DNA of 64,000 nt from Octopus bimaculoides (GCF_001194135.2 NC_068985.1:85846896-85910895); one strand, 5' to 3'; shown: positions 27,655-42,459, numbered from the stretch's first letter. The notes: generated by a model from the letters alone, not told the origin. Program-made: numbers and translations.

Positions 27655-27817
27655 TTAAATGGTTTAGAGTGAGGTGATAAAAAAGTATGGTAATTTTTGG
27701 GTCATGGCTGATGAAGGAAGAATTAAAAACAGATAAGTTAGATGCTCCCCTTTCATTAAACACATATGACACAGTAACAAGAGTGAGAAGAGTTAAGAGA
27801 ACCACAGAGTGAGACTT

Positions 27818-27819
<2 letters not shown>

Positions 27820-27854
<35 letters not shown>

Positions 27855-28195
27855 GTTTAACGTCCGCTTTCCATGCTAGCATGGGTTGGACGATTTGACT
27901 GAGGACTGGTGAAACCGGATGGCAACACCAGGCTCCAATCTGAATTGGCAGAGTTTCTACAGCTGGATGCCCTTCCTAACGCCAACCACTCAGAGAGTGT
28001 AGTGGGCGCTTTTACATGTCACCTGCACGAAGGCCAGTCAGGCGGTACTGGCAACAGCCACGCTCAAAATGGTGTATTTTATGTGCCACCCGCACAGGAG
28101 CCAGTCCAGGGGCACTGGCAACGATCTCGCTTGAAAATCCTACGAAGGCCAGTCAGGCAGTACTGGCAACAGCCACGCTCAAAATGGTGTATTTT
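27820..28195 (-). mobile_element. Young SINE/LINE-tail element (family D) with (GAT)n tail and internal 54-bp duplication
   Basis: The reverse complement ends ...ccaacccatgctagcatggaaagcggacgttaaacgatgatgat. CpGs are retained. A direct repeat lies at about 28027-28080 and 28142-28195. Confidence 0.85.
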
Positions 28196-28249
28196 GAGAA
28201 TATATATTAAACAAGAGATCTCATGACATACATTCCAAACTTTGTTATT

Positions 28250-28720
28250 AAGAACTGTTTTACTGTTCTTGTCGTGTCTGTGGATGATTTTTTCTTCAGC
28301 TCCATTTATCATGAATTATCACAGTTCTTTTATCACAGTCTAGATTCTTGAGGTGTGACTTCATCTGGTCACTCCATGTCTTCTTCTTCAGTCTCCCTCT
28401 TCAACAGGTTCCATCCACTTTAAGGGTTCAACATTTCTTTATAAAATACACATTCTCCATATATAACAAACCACCTCCCCTCTTCAACACTGCCCCTCAT
28501 ATTCAGCCGTCCTCTCACTTCACTCTTTAACATTATTTATATCCAACACGGCACAAATGTTTCTTTTTTTTATTTATTTTTAGCTATCTCCTCTATTCAA
28601 ACTCCTCATCTCACTACCATGTTGTATTACACTTTGTATGCAAACAACGTAATATTTATCCTTCATTCAGAGAGAAGCCATTTGTTACTAGTAATGGTAA
28701 GAGCTATCTCAAAGTCTTCC
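28250..28720 (-). mobile_element. 3' part of RTE LINE
   Basis: Minus-strand sequence is homologous to the + strand copies at 37115-37470 and 42460-42800. Confidence 0.6.
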
Positions 28721-29619
28721 ACTCTGTACTTTCGATACAGTCAACTCCTAAACTAATTACATTTTCTGGGCTGCAGAAACTATTGAATAGTTTCGTTGAA
28801 CCTTCCAAGCAAGCATCTGGTTGGGCAAAGGGCCTCAGGGGTTGGGGGGTGGGCTTCCAGTCACTGAAATAGACTTAAGACTTGACTTCTGCTTATTCTG
28901 TAAGGACGAAATGTAAAGCTGACCTGGAGGGAATTAGAGATTAGAATCTAAAAAGACACCGCTAAACATCACAAGGAATTTTCCAATGATCTTCCAACCA
29001 TGCCATACACCAATAACAATAATAATAATTCCAGTAGTAGTAGTAGTAGCAGTTAAATTTGATGCAAATATCAGTATCTTTATAATAATAGTAACAATAG
29101 TAATAGCCATTTTTTCAATAAGAGTAACAGGAGCAACAGCAATGATAATAATGAAAATATGGACGATGATGATGATGATAATGATGATGATGATAAGGAT
29201 GATGATGATGATGATGATGATAAACTTTTAAAATATGGTGTTAAATATTAATATCAGAATCACTATTTTGTTGATTTATTTTCATCGGTTTAATAAGTTT
29301 AATGATTTTATTCATTTCATTAATTGAATTTAATTAATGAAATTCATTTCATAAAACTGAAATAACCTTTTAATTTAAAAATATGATAGGTGAGATGGGG
29401 GGGGGGGCGGAGAATGGTGGGATGGGGGTGGAAGTTTTGGCTCACGTTCTGAAGAATACATATCAAAACATCCAACAATAATGGTAGTAATAAGGTGAGG
29501 GGTGGAAGAGGTGGAGGTATGAGGAAGATGATAATGGTGAATGTCATGATGATGATGATGATGATGATGATGATATGGTGTTGTGATTGTGATGATGGTT
29601 TTATATATATCTTTTATCT

Positions 29620-29980
29620 TCTACTTGCTTCAGTCATTAGACTGTGGCTATGCTGGGGCACCACCTTGAAGAAGTTTTAGTTGAATGAATCGACCCCAGT
29701 AAATAATTTTCTTTAAAGCCTGGTACTTATTCTATCAGTCTCTTTTGCCAAATTGCTAAGTGATGAGGACGTTAGCACTAACACTGGTTGTCAAGTGGTG
29801 GTGGGAGACACCCTCAGACACACACTATGAGCTTCTTTCAGTTTCCATCCACTCACAATGCTTTGGTCAGCTTGAGGCAATAATAAAAGACATTTGTCCA
29901 AAATGTCACACTGTAGGACTGAACCTGGAACCATGTGGTTGGGAAACAAACTTCTTACCACACAGCCACGCTTGCACCTA
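29620..29980 (-). mobile_element. SINE family A, near full length
   Basis: Contains gaatcgaccccagt...tacttattctatcagtctcttttgcc and ggactgaacctggaaccatgtggttggg. Confidence 0.85.
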
Positions 29981-30026
29981 TACATATGACGGCCGCTTCA
30001 TCTTGATAGATGACAACTGTCCCCTC

Positions 30027-30027
<1 letters not shown>

Positions 30028-30116
<89 letters not shown>
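30028..30116. repeat. (CA)n microsatellite
   Basis: Directly visible. Confidence 0.98.
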
Positions 30117-30118
<2 letters not shown>

Positions 30119-31706
30119 ACACTCTATCACACAGCCCTCAGATGACTCTTAAGACCAGTTGCTGGCTGACAGGGCTTAAAACACAAGTGACAGATATTAT
30201 TGAAATATTTTTCTACATCTTTGTCCTTTGGAATCTGATTCTGAAGGAATGTTTCTGTGAACTGGCAGATGTCTTTATCTATTTACCAAAATATGTATGT
30301 ACAGGGACGTGTGGTTAAGATGGTTTCTCAAGCACTGGATTTTGGGCAAATGTCTTCAGCCCTGCCCAACCAAGGCCTGGTGAGGAGATGTGCTTAACAG
30401 AAACTAAAAGAAGCTCTTTGAGTGTGTATGTGTGTTTTTGTTGTCTTGATATCGTGTGACAACTGTAAACAAGCATATGCAAGCGATGGTCTTCAATTAC
30501 TATTTCCCATGAAAACACATGAGACCATGGGGAAATATTACCATGCTTAGAATGAGATGTGGTTTGGTGATGGGAAGAGCATCCCAACTTATCCATGCAC
30601 ACATGGGAAAAGTGGACTTTGAAACAATGATGATGATGATGATAACGGCACATAAAATAATGAAAGAAGAAGGGAATGAGTTTAATGAGTTTGGTAGTAG
30701 TGATAAAGATGTAGAGAGTTGTGGTGAGGGTGGTAGTAGTGTTGATAATGATGGTGCCAGTGGTAGTGGTGGTGGTGGTGGTGGTGCTATTGATAATAAT
30801 AAACTTAGTTGAAATGCAAACAGAAGCTGTTGATCAAGTTGTTGTAGAGCTGTTGAAATGGTGACCTCCGACAGAATGTTAATATAAAAGTGTGTGATAT
30901 CATCTGTTTACTTTAGACAATAAAATAACCAAGATTCTGACAATATTCCATGCTGTCATGGACTTTCTTACATCTTAATAACTTCCGATGCCATAATACA
31001 TTCCCATGTGATGATAGCTTCCTGAGTGATTACACCATCTTGCATCTGTGTATGTGTGAGTAGCAATAGTAGTAGTATTGGTGGCAGCGGCAGCAGCAGC
31101 ACCAGTAGTAGTAGTAGCAGTAGCAATAGTAGTAGTACATATGTAGATATGTACTTACATATGGTTTTGCATGTGATTTCTTACTCCTTTAAATCAACTC
31201 AGTATTTAAATAAGTCAAACAGATTTCCTAGAAGATCAGTGTAAATGTATTTTCATTACCTCAAAGAAAGAATTTTTGGATATAAAAGCCCCCTTCAATT
31301 TTTGAAATATAAAAGTACCCCGCTCAATTTGTTCTTTTTGTTTGCCTACTTCCAGCCCTTCTTTATGTATCAACCCTTAATGGGCGATTACTATTTATAC
31401 AATGAAAGAACCAGAATTTGTCTTTATCAGAATCAGCTGAAGAAAGAAACAGCTACTGAAATGCTATGATGCCATAGCAGAATGTTTTGGTAAATACATC
31501 CATACATTCTTTACATTCACCATTTCTTCTTTCCATTCATGCCAACCGCACAGACATTGCTGCAAATAACATCATTAGTTATAAAGCATTCTCAGTATTT
31601 AATGACATAAAGCCATGTTTATAAGGATTAAGATTTTGCTCTAGGTTTTATATTTGTCATGTTCCTACATATCTTATATCTATATCTATCTAGCTATCTA
31701 TCTCTT

Positions 31707-31757
<51 letters not shown>

Positions 31758-32719
31758 CATATATATATATATATACACACACACATATATATACATATGC
31801 GAATGCATGTGAGAGGGATGATGATTATCATTTAAAAATCTGCATTCCATTCTGGCATGAACTGAATGGTTTGACTGGATCCAATGTGTCTGAAGACTGC
31901 AATTGTGTTCCAATGCCTGCAGTACATTTTCTACAGCTGGAAGCCTTTCTTGATGCCAACGTCTTTGCAGAGAATACTGTGTGCTTTCTTGTGGCACCAG
32001 CACAAGTGAAGCTGCTGTACTGCCTGCAAGATTAAGATCCCTTTTTTCTTTTTTCTTCGTCACTAATTGAGTTTCTACTAATTTTTTGGTTTTTGTTTCT
32101 GGCATAGATATCAGGGAAGGGGATTAGTTGATTACAATCAACCCCAGTACATAGTTGGTACTTTATTTTATCAACTCTGAAAGAATGAACGGCAAAGCAT
32201 ACTTTGGCAGGATTTCATTAAGAAAATAAAGAATAAGAACAAATATTGCTAAGAACACCAAGAACAGTATTAGTGAACACTTTACCAGTTTTGCTTATCT
32301 CCCTTACTTGATATATGTGTGGATGTGTATACACACACGCACGTGTGTATGTGTGTGTGTGGGGNNNNNNNNNNNNNNNNNNNNNNNNNNNNNNNNNNNN
32401 NNNNNNNGGGGGCGTTCATTTTGATGAAAATACTCACAGAGACAAAAGTTGTTACTTTTGAGTTTTAGAATCAACAATGGCTAGTCAGCTATTACATTAT
32501 TTTGGCTTCATAGCTTTGAGTGTATCTATTATAAAAGACTCAGAATAACGGTCATCCATAGAAGACATTGAGAGGAACCGAGATATTTTGAATGTAAAGT
32601 TCAATGCGAGGGCACAATGGCAGGATGGGGATTTGATCTTGGCACCATCACTCTTTAGTTATTTTGCTTTCAATTTATGACTGGGTGATGGAAATGGAGT
32701 AAAATATATGATAAAATAG

Positions 32720-33085
32720 GCAGAAGCATAGCTGTGTGGTGAAGAAGATTGTTTCTGAAGCAATCAATTTTGGGTTCAGTCCCACTACACTGCACCTTGG
32801 TTAGGATCTTCTACTTCAATCAATGACTTCTGAGTAAATTTGGTAGACAGAGAATCTCTGTGGAAGCCTTTTGTGTGCGTGTGTGTATTTTGTGTATTTG
32901 TTTGTCTGCCCACTGCTTGGTAACTGGTGTTGGTTTGTTTACATCTCATCCCTATAACTTAGTGGTTTGGCAAAAAAGAAAATTACCTATAGAATAAGTA
33001 CCAAACTTAAAAAAAAAAAAACTGGTGTCAATTGGTTCAATTAATCCCAAAAGGTAGTACTCCAGCATGACCATAGTTATGATTG
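32720..33085 (+). mobile_element. SINE family A, full length, diverged
   Basis: Contains gcatagctgtgtgg...gggttcagtcccact...aatttggtagacag...tagaataagtacc...ggtagtactccagcatgacc. Confidence 0.8.
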
Positions 33086-33824
33086 AAGAGTGTAAAAAAG
33101 TAGTTGAACCTTTGAAAAGGGACAGAGGTGAATTTTTAGTAAGATGTAGCACAGAGTGAGTTGGGTGGGGTGGACTGATTAGCTATTTATGAGTGATTTG
33201 GCAGGTTTTTATTCTATAGATTTGTGACTATAATCCTAGAACAACACACTTCCAAAGTGTTTCAATAAAGACTGTTGAGAGATTAAATACTATCAATACA
33301 TGAAATCGTTAATCCAGACATGTATTTTCCTCTTTGCCTTTTTTCTTCCATTCTCTCTTATCTGTTTTCTCTCCTCATTCCATTCTGTAGAAGAGGGTAG
33401 GCTTGAAATGTCAAAGACTCTTCCATTTCCTTGTTTGTTGTTCCTTTGTCTCTGCTTTTCATCTCTTTAAAAAAATTTTTTTTTTTTTACAGTTTTGAGC
33501 CATTTTTAATGATTGATTTTGTGGATTAATTATGTTCTTATTCGATCCTCAGTAGGTCAACCTTGTCTGAGCAGATCCAGAATCAAATCCTTCAAGAAAT
33601 TATTGATTCATCAGCTACAATACACTGAGGACCTTTCCATTTTAAATTCATCTCCTATTTTTAAAACAGTAGAGCATCATTTGAGGAAGATTTTGCTACT
33701 ATTTCATGCAGGCTGAGTGAACTCAGTGTTTACTTTACTGGCTCCTTTACTGTTCTGACTGAAGCATAACAAGATATTGTCAGGTAAAACTATTTCTTTC
33801 AAATTTTCTTTTATTTTACTTGTT

Positions 33825-34240
33825 TCATTAATTACACTGTGACCATGCTGGGGCATCACTTTGAAGAATTTCTAATCGAATGAATCAATTTCAGTATTTA
33901 TTCCCTTTTTAAACCTGGTGCTTACTTTATTGGCCTCCCTTGCTGCACCGCTAAGTTACAGGCACATATGCATACCAACACCAGGTGTCAAGTGGTGGCG
34001 AGAGACAAAAACAGGCATAAAGAACACACACCTGTACACACACTCTCACACACACGCCTGTACACACACACACACACACACATGATGAAATTCTTTCAGT
34101 TTCCATCCACCAAATCCATTCACAAGGTTTTGGACGGCCTGAGGCTAGAGCAGAAGATGCTTGCCCAAAGTGCCATGCAGTGGGACTGAACCTGGAACCA
34201 CGAGGTTGGGAAGCAAACTTCTTATCACACAGCCTGTGCC
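33825..34240 (-). mobile_element. SINE family A, full length
   Basis: Reverse complement of the family A sequence. Confidence 0.85.
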
Positions 34241-34571
34241 TTGCAATAGAAAATTCTAATTCTAAAATTAATATCGTAAAACAAGAGTCAGCCTTCCACG
34301 TGTTAGAATTAAAAAGGTTAAAACTTGTACAAAACAAATTAATAATGGTTAAGTTTAAAATGCTTTCTGTTAAAAATAGGCTTGAAATTATCGAGAAAAG
34401 GTCAATTTTTCAAATGAAAGATGAGATAAACTGAAATAACACTTTTAAGGTGTACAAACACCTCAAAGTGATAGGAACGAAAAGACGAGATTGTTAGGAA
34501 ATGTGTAATAACTTTGATATTGAATTCCTAAAAAGGTCATATTGAAGCGAATATAGATTTATAGGGTAACC

Positions 34572-34629
<58 letters not shown>

Positions 34630-35104
34630 CTACAAACACACAGTAAAAAATGCTATAAATTGATATTTGTAGATGTTCATAGGTAAATGAGATGTTGGGT
34701 TAGGAAAGCCTGGAGCAACTTATTACAAATTAATATCCCTTGAATATGAAGCAATGATAAAGGAATTGGAAAGCAAATCTATTTGTCAATATATCTAATT
34801 CATTAGAGAATGAAAGAGGGATGGAAATATTGGTGTTGTTGATTTGGTAATACTAAATACTAATATTACACGTTAGAATTATAACAATGACTGTTGGGTG
34901 AACATTCACACTTTGATAAAATCTTTGGCAAGAATATCCTTTGTAACCATTTATGAAATTTTGTGAGAAAGAATATACAAAATTGGTGCATTTCTGTTTA
35001 AATTATTGTGTCTAGTTATAGATTTATACGAGAATGGGTGAAATATCACACGTATTTGTGAAGACTAGAAATAAATGAAGCAAGGCAACAGAAAGACTGG
35101 ATCC

Positions 35105-35420
35105 TACAAGAATCAGATATAGTGTACAAGAGAGAAAACTCCAGAGCTACGGGCTTGTAATGTGTATGGAAGAAGACATGCTGTATAAAGAAGTGAAGGG
35201 TACTCAGAGTTGATGTAACCTGTGGAGGAAAGAGACCTGAGAAGACATGGCAACCACACTAATGCTGGTGCCACTATAAAATGCAGCCAGTACACACTGT
35301 GAAGTTGTTAGTATTAGGAATAGAGACAACAAAATGTTGAGTGGAATCATTAGTCTTATTGAAGACACGAGGACCTCTTTAGTACTGGTGCCATGATAAA
35401 ACGTTCCTATGGCAACTCCA
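35105..35420 (+). mobile_element. RTE LINE 3' end with family D tail fragments
   Basis: IRYSVQERKLQSYGLVMCMEED resembles RRLRWYGHVMRM. Confidence 0.6.
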
Positions 35421-36206
35421 TGAAGAGATTTGGGATAGGAAGAGAATCCAAACTTAAGGAAAAAAAAACAAGTAAAAAATGAAAGTGAGAAGTGGTCTTT
35501 TGATCCATCAAGGGAGATGGTCACTTTGAATAAGAACTCACTTGGATTATGATAATCTGTCCAAGATATGCCAGCATGGAAAGCATATGCAAAATGATGA
35601 GGAGGATAGGGAAGAGGAGGAGGAGAGGAGAGGATGGTGATGATGATCTTACCAATGTATAGAGTCAAGGAACTTTTAAAATTCTTGGACATCCATCTTT
35701 ACCAAAGTAGATGTTCCAATATGAATCTCTTAAGCTTGATTCCTGATAATTAAGTTAATCTTAACATATTTAGATTTAAAGAGAAGGCATAGCTGTGTTG
35801 TATAGCAGCTTGGTTTGCAGATTTGTGGTTCCAGGTTCAATTCCGTGCATGGCATTTTGGGTGTCTTATAATATAGTTCTTAGCTGACCAATGCCCTCCA
35901 GGTGGATTTGGTAGACAGAAGCTGTTATAATCTTTAACCATATTAAACTAAACCTCAAATTGACTTTGTTGAAATTTGAACCCTGTTCAAATCTTACAAC
36001 AACATTGAATTACATTCCTGGCAGAAGACAAAAAAATTCTACTGACTTTAGCTTGTCTGTCTCATTAACAATTGAGTTTCATTGCCATTTCACAGCTCAG
36101 TGATTAACAGAAAAAAGCAATTACACCAAATATATGCAAATGTTAATATTTGCAAAATAAAGACATCTCATTGAAAGAGCTTTTGCTGTGATATCATAAC
36201 ATTAAA

Positions 36207-36248
<42 letters not shown>

Positions 36249-36309
36249 GTTAGTTAGTCTCTGTGTGTGTCTTTCTTTCTGGGTTGGATGTTTGCTTATC
36301 ACAAGTAAC

Positions 36310-36537
36310 CGTTGCAGGTCTAGCTGTGTGGTTAAAAAGCTCGCTGAACAATTACACAGTTTGAGATTTGATCTCACTGCTTAGCACTTTGGACAAGTGT
36401 CTTCTTCCGTAGCATTGGCTAACCAATACCTCGGGAGTAGAATGGAATTTTGTAGACAGAAACTATTGTGTAAGTCTATCTTGAGTCCTTTATCTGAGCA
36501 CTTCTGAGTAATGACTATACAATAAACAGAGAAACTT

Positions 36538-36590
<53 letters not shown>

Positions 36591-36895
36591 GGCTGGGCTC
36601 TCTGTTGTTTATGATGACAAGTGTTCCAGTTGATCGAATAAATGAAACAGCCATCTCATGAAATTAAAGAGCAAGTGGTTGAGCACTCCAATGACACAAA
36701 TATGCTTAATGTCATTTTCAGGAAGATTCAATATGACACAAAATGCGATAACGCTTCCTCTTTTGAGTGGACAACTGAGTGGACAGGAGCAACATGAAAT
36801 AAAGTGTCTTGCTCAAGAACTCAATGTGCCACTGGGAATCGAATTCATGACCTTATGATTGTGAGTCAAGGTACCTAACCACCAAGCCAAGTCTC
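36310..36895 (+). mobile_element. SINE family A fragment (36310-36470) and family C copy (36590-36895)
   Basis: Matches other copies in the window. Confidence 0.7.
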
Positions 36896-37114
36896 TTCCC
36901 ACACACACACACATATCACCCTGTTGGTCCTTGTGCCATGAAAAAAGTAACCAGTACATTCAGTAAAGTGGTTGGCATTGAAAATGGCATCCAACCATTG
37001 AAAGCACATCAAAGCAAACATTGAAGAATGGCACATCAGATCCTCTTGAACCATTCAACCTAGTACCAGAAGTTTGATGCTGATGAACATGATGATGATA
37101 ATGGGATTGTTACC

Positions 37115-37470
37115 GCTGTTAGTAACAATGGGCCTTTCCCTCAGAGTGAAAGGCAAATTGTATGATGCCTGTGTACAAACCGCTACACTACATAGCAGTG
37201 AGACATGATCTGTGACTACTGAGGAAATACAAAGGCTTGAAAGAAATGAAAGCAGTATGGTCCGCTAGATGGGTAATGTCAGTGTGTATATATGACAGAG
37301 TATAAAGGATTTGAGAGAAAAACTGGGTATACGAGTGATCAGGTGAGAGAAGACTGCACAGGTACGGCCATGTAATGCATATGAATGAAGACAGTTGCAT
37401 CAAGAGGTGCTGATCTCTAATTGTTGAGAGAACATGTGGAAGAGGAATGTCAGAAGACTGAAACTTCTGG
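37115..37470 (+). mobile_element. RTE LINE C-terminal fragment
   Basis: GLSLRVKGKLYDACVQTATLHSSET...RLERNE...DLREKLGIR...RYGHVMHMNEDSCIKRC. Confidence 0.85.
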
Positions 37471-39245
37471 CAGTTTCTGGTGCTTAAAAAGACACTTCAC
37501 GCTGAGTAAAAGTGTGGTTGTCCTTGCATACGGCCTTGTCCCCTGCATCCCTTTTCAGCTGAACATTCCTAATCTTGCGGGCTCGTAAGCGCTGGTGCCA
37601 TGTAAAAAGCATCCATAATGATAACAGAAAGGTTGACAATACTAACCTTCAGCAGTTTAGATGTCATAAAGATCTAAGCATGAAGAGAATTCCAAATAGC
37701 AACAGTTGACCTTCCAGGTGCAATTAGTGTTAAGTGATCCCATGATATTCTCGTTACCCCTACTACCATTTATCCAAAAGAGGATGCTAACTGAACTAGC
37801 GAAGGCGTCTGTATGCAATTGTTTGATTTGTCAGAAAAAGCAACCTAATCCTATCTGAGTCATCAAGTGAACCACTATACATTTGCTAGACATAACAGCA
37901 ATATTTACTGAAATCATATTTTCCTATCTTAAAAGGAGGACGGACACATTTGACAGTTTAGATTAAGAGATTAAATAACAACAAGATGTGGATTTATAGA
38001 AGTTTAAGGTTTACACATGGAATAAAAATAACTTTCCTGCAAGGCCAACATGAGGTTTCAGTAAATCAGGTTGGTTCCTTAATATAAACAAATGGTAAAA
38101 AGACTCCAAGCTGGAAGAATTGTTAGCATTCTCAGCAAAATAGTTATCAGTGTTTTGTCCATTTTTATGTTCTGAGTTCAAATTCTGCTGAGGTCGATTT
38201 TGCCTTTCATCCTTTCAGGGTTGATGAAATAAGTAATCAACTTAACCCCTCCTCTCAAAATTGTTGGCCTTGAACCACAATTTGAAACCAATATAACATA
38301 CGATAAACTAGAAGTTTACAATCTTCAGTAAATGTTGTTGTTGTTATTTAATCCTTGCTTAGCTCTGATTAAGCACAACCATAACATCAAGTGCGTCCCA
38401 CCCATGATCATATATATTTTTCAGTTTCAATCTGACCCTGATTGAGTCAATTTATGCTTAAAGGCCTTCCAGCCATGGCAATGTTGTATTTTATATTTTC
38501 ATCTAGCATTTTAGTCCCAGGCAGATTTAGGATTATGCAGATTTAGGAGCAAAAGTATTTCAACTCTACATTACACAATATCATGTTTCCCTGTGCAGTA
38601 TAATCTCTAGGACTTCATTATACAATATACCATTCTTATTTTAAAATATTACAATACGAATTGAAGGTGATTTGACTTCTGTTTCTAGCAAGCATGAAAT
38701 CCTTCACGATGTCAGTATATGTCATTTTCAAATACACTTTATCCTTGCAACTATGTATTTTAATTTCATTGTAAGCAATGACTGCAGTTCTTACCTGGAA
38801 AGTTCCATGCAATAACAACAACAACAACAATTTAATCCCATCATATCACAACAGAATTTTAATCTAAACCAACTCACAGCTAACACTCCTTGCCACTTCT
38901 GCTGCTCGACATGCCAAACGATGTTGCCTTACCTTATTACTAGTTATGAATATTAAATTATCTCTTAAATAAGAAACTGCCGAAACACTGTTTAACACAA
39001 TCATAAATTATCACAGTCGACATGCCAGTGTGTGTGTAAGTATGTATACCTGGGTGTGTGTGTGTGTGTGATGTATGTACTTATATGTATATATGAGCAT
39101 GTATATGTACTTATATATATGTGTCTGCATTTATGTACTTACATATTTGTGCGTATCTGTACACATATATAAATACACACACACAACATGATAAAAAAAA
39201 ATTGAACCAGTATTTGAAAATGGAGGTGTGTAAAGAGAAAAGTTC

Positions 39246-39276
<31 letters not shown>

Positions 39277-40779
39277 ATTCTCTCTCTTTCTCTCTGGAAT
39301 AAACAACAGAAACCGTATGAACATTCATATCCTAGCAAATAAAGTTGATGTAATTTACACATTTTCTCACAGCATTGGCAACAACATGCATGAGTGGCAG
39401 TGTTCTGTGAGTGCATCTGTGAAATAGTTCAATTTTATTAGATTCTTTTAATTCAAATACACCAACAGAATGGTAAAGCAGCTTGAAGAATTCAACAAGA
39501 TGAAACAAACAAACAAACAATAAAAGACTGGTGGGTAGGGGTAGAAAGTTACTTTATACCCCCATCACCAGCACTCACAGCAACCACCAATACCACCACC
39601 ACCACCACCACCACCACCACCACCACCGTCGCCGCTGCCGCAACAACAGAAAAATCATAAATAAAGCAATTAAAGTTGTGCAGAAAGAATAGTTGGATGC
39701 TGAGTAAAATGTTTTTCTGGCAATAAACAGGGATATTCACACAAAAAAAAAAAAATGCATATCCAACGTACAGTCTTGAGACAAGAATTCATCGAGAAAT
39801 AAATACACATTAAAGTTGAAGTTTCATTCAAATTGTAGTTTGGTTAAGAAAGACATTTTGTCTGTGAAAAAAACAAAAACTGATAAAGAAGGGAAAAGTG
39901 GAGCATTAAAGATAAGGGGTTGAGGTGAAAGAGAAGGGAATAATGTGAGTGAGTGGTTGGAGATATTGCTTTGAAATTTTGGCACAAGGTTAGCAATTTC
40001 AGGTGGGAAAGGGGTCAATTACCCCCCCCCCCCCCAGTACTTATATGGTATTTATCTTACTAACCCCAAAAGAATGAAAGGCTAAGTTGACCTACAACAC
40101 AGAACATGAAGCATGTAAAGTGATTTGCTAATAAGAAGGGTACGTAGTCTTACAAACCAAGCAAAAAACGTCACAAACGAGCCTCAATGCATGAAGGCTT
40201 ATTTTATCAGCTGACTTGGACCTTGACAACCCCTCAACCCATGGGTAGCAGATATAAAATTAGGATAAATAATGAGGCTTTGCATACTCATGGCTCAGTC
40301 AGATGACTACAGTGACAGCCAGTAATTTTGTCTCTGTGTACATTCCCTTTTCCTCACAAGATGCACCCTGTAAGAGTGACTGATAAGCATATGCTACTGA
40401 TAATGTTGTGAAGGCACCCAACCAATGGAATCAGTCCCAGAAATATTTAGAAACAGATTAATAAGACAGCACTAAATAAAACTGGTCTACACATTAAACT
40501 GTAATGGTTGTATTGTTTTAAGTAACATGGAGCAAGGCTATAAAGAAGTGTGAGCTTAGCTTGATCTGTTTGGGTCAGAAGTTGTTTTTCTAATCACATG
40601 ATTCTAGGTTAGATCCTACTGTGAAACTCCTTAGAAAGTCTTTTAGCATAGGGTTATGTATCAAACTGTACAAGCTGAAAGACTAGGCATATGGAGGGTA
40701 TAGTAGCAAATGCTAGAGGTGCTAGGTTATACAAATAATATTTATTTGAGGTTTTGAAATGTTCATGGCATGTTGAAAA

Positions 40780-41400
40780 AGACACACTGGCTAACAGAGA
40801 TGGCAAAAACGACTGAAGGTCAACATTGGCAGGACAGTGGTTAAGAAAATTGAAAGCAGTGACTCTAGAACAGTCATGTTTCAAAATCATGCATTCCATA
40901 AAGTGGAACATTTTATGTGTTAAGGAAGCATGGCATCAACAAATGGAAGTACACAAGAGGATCTCGAATTAAGCCTTAGAATAAAAGACATTAACATTTT
41001 AAAGCTTATGTGGAAGGCAAAGGCTGTTACTAGATGTGTATTAAGTTGGGAGTTTTCATCAGCAAAATATGAAATCTATTCTGTTGTATGGTGCCAAGAC
41101 ACGGCAAAAGGACATGAAGAGCTTTAAAGAAAACTCCAAATATTCACAAAATGGTGCTTCAGAAAGAGCTTAAACAATAGATACTCAGAAAATGTGAGCA
41201 ACAAAGGTCTCTGGGCTGAAGCCAACAAAAAGTGGCGAAGGAAAATGCGTATCTGAAAAAGAACAGAGCGAAGTTTTGATATGGTAAGCTTTCGATTATA
41301 ACATAGAGAGAAGAAAGAAAACAGGACACCTGAGGATTGTCTATCAGAGTTGAAGAGAAGAGGAAATGAGAATGACAGGGCAGACATGGAATCAAGAGTA
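40780..41400 (+). mobile_element. Decayed RTE LINE (post-RT region)
   Basis: KVEHFMC*GSMASTNGSTQEDL, LMWKAK, and KLQIFTKWCFRKSLNNRYSENVSNKGLW, which resembles xLQTFINxCLRRILxIxWxDxISNxxLW. Confidence 0.8.
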
Positions 41401-42459
41401 AAAAAAAAAAAAAAGTACAGGACAGAATTCCTTGCAAGACTGCTGTGAAAAGCTAATGTTCTGCCAGGAATCTAGGCAGGTCATGATGATGTTGGTGATA
41501 ATGATGATAACAACAATGATGGCAGTGATGATCTTGATGAGGAGGAAGAGAATAGTAGTTTGTTGTAGTAGCAATAAATCATTATATCTCTTTCTCTACT
41601 ATCTCACACGTCTCTATATGATGACTAATGTAAAACTTTGTGATTGTTAAAGATCTTCCGTAATTCAAAGATTTAAAATCTCATACAAGAAATAATAATA
41701 ATAAAAAAAAATATCCTTCACAACATTTCTTGGTGGTATTCAATAATTCCACAAGTTTTGATAAAAACAAAAATTTAATGTCAAAACAACAAAACCCTCA
41801 AAATAAACAGATTAACTAAACTTGCTTATATTTAGCAGAATTTCTAGAAGTGTCCTATAATTCAATAATCCTTAAGAAATTGAAAGAAATTTCTTAAATT
41901 TATGCTGTGTTTCTTGAAGTACTTTAATGTACTCCACTAAATCACCATTCTCTGCCAACTTGATCTGTCACAAACAAATTTAAAACACAAAACAAACTAA
42001 AAGATTATATTGCACAAGTGAAGCCATAACCTCATTACTTTAAACTAAAACAACTGAAGAAATATTAGATTTATAAAGCTTTATCAGAAATTCACTTCCA
42101 CTAATCCTTCCAAGAAAGAGTTTATTTTTCAGGAACTGCTTTCCGATAATTATCTTCCAAACGAAATATTTCCTTCGACTTTTTTTTTTTATATATATCT
42201 TTAATTCCAAATTTTCCAAATGTTGTATACTTGTTTTAAATTTGTTGCTATTTTTGGATTTTGGATTATATTCTACAGTGATTGAGTGAAAGATCAATTA
42301 GGAAGAAGAAACAATCTTTGCAGAGAAATTATATTCTGCTACAGTGTGTTTAGAAGAGGTGTTTCTGTTGGAATTCCAAAAATATGTGTGTGTATATATA
42401 TATATATTAAGATTATATACACTATTTTTTATATATATACACATTATACATGAAGGTAA

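Noticed and set aside
28821-28855. G-quadruplex-like run (GGG-N4-GGG-N5-GGGG-N2-GGGGG)
   Set aside because: Such runs are common in this low-complexity background, and nothing links this one to a function.
31356-31489. + strand acceptor and donor around ORF 31245-31469
   Set aside because: There are stops in all frames before the donor and no recognisable protein.
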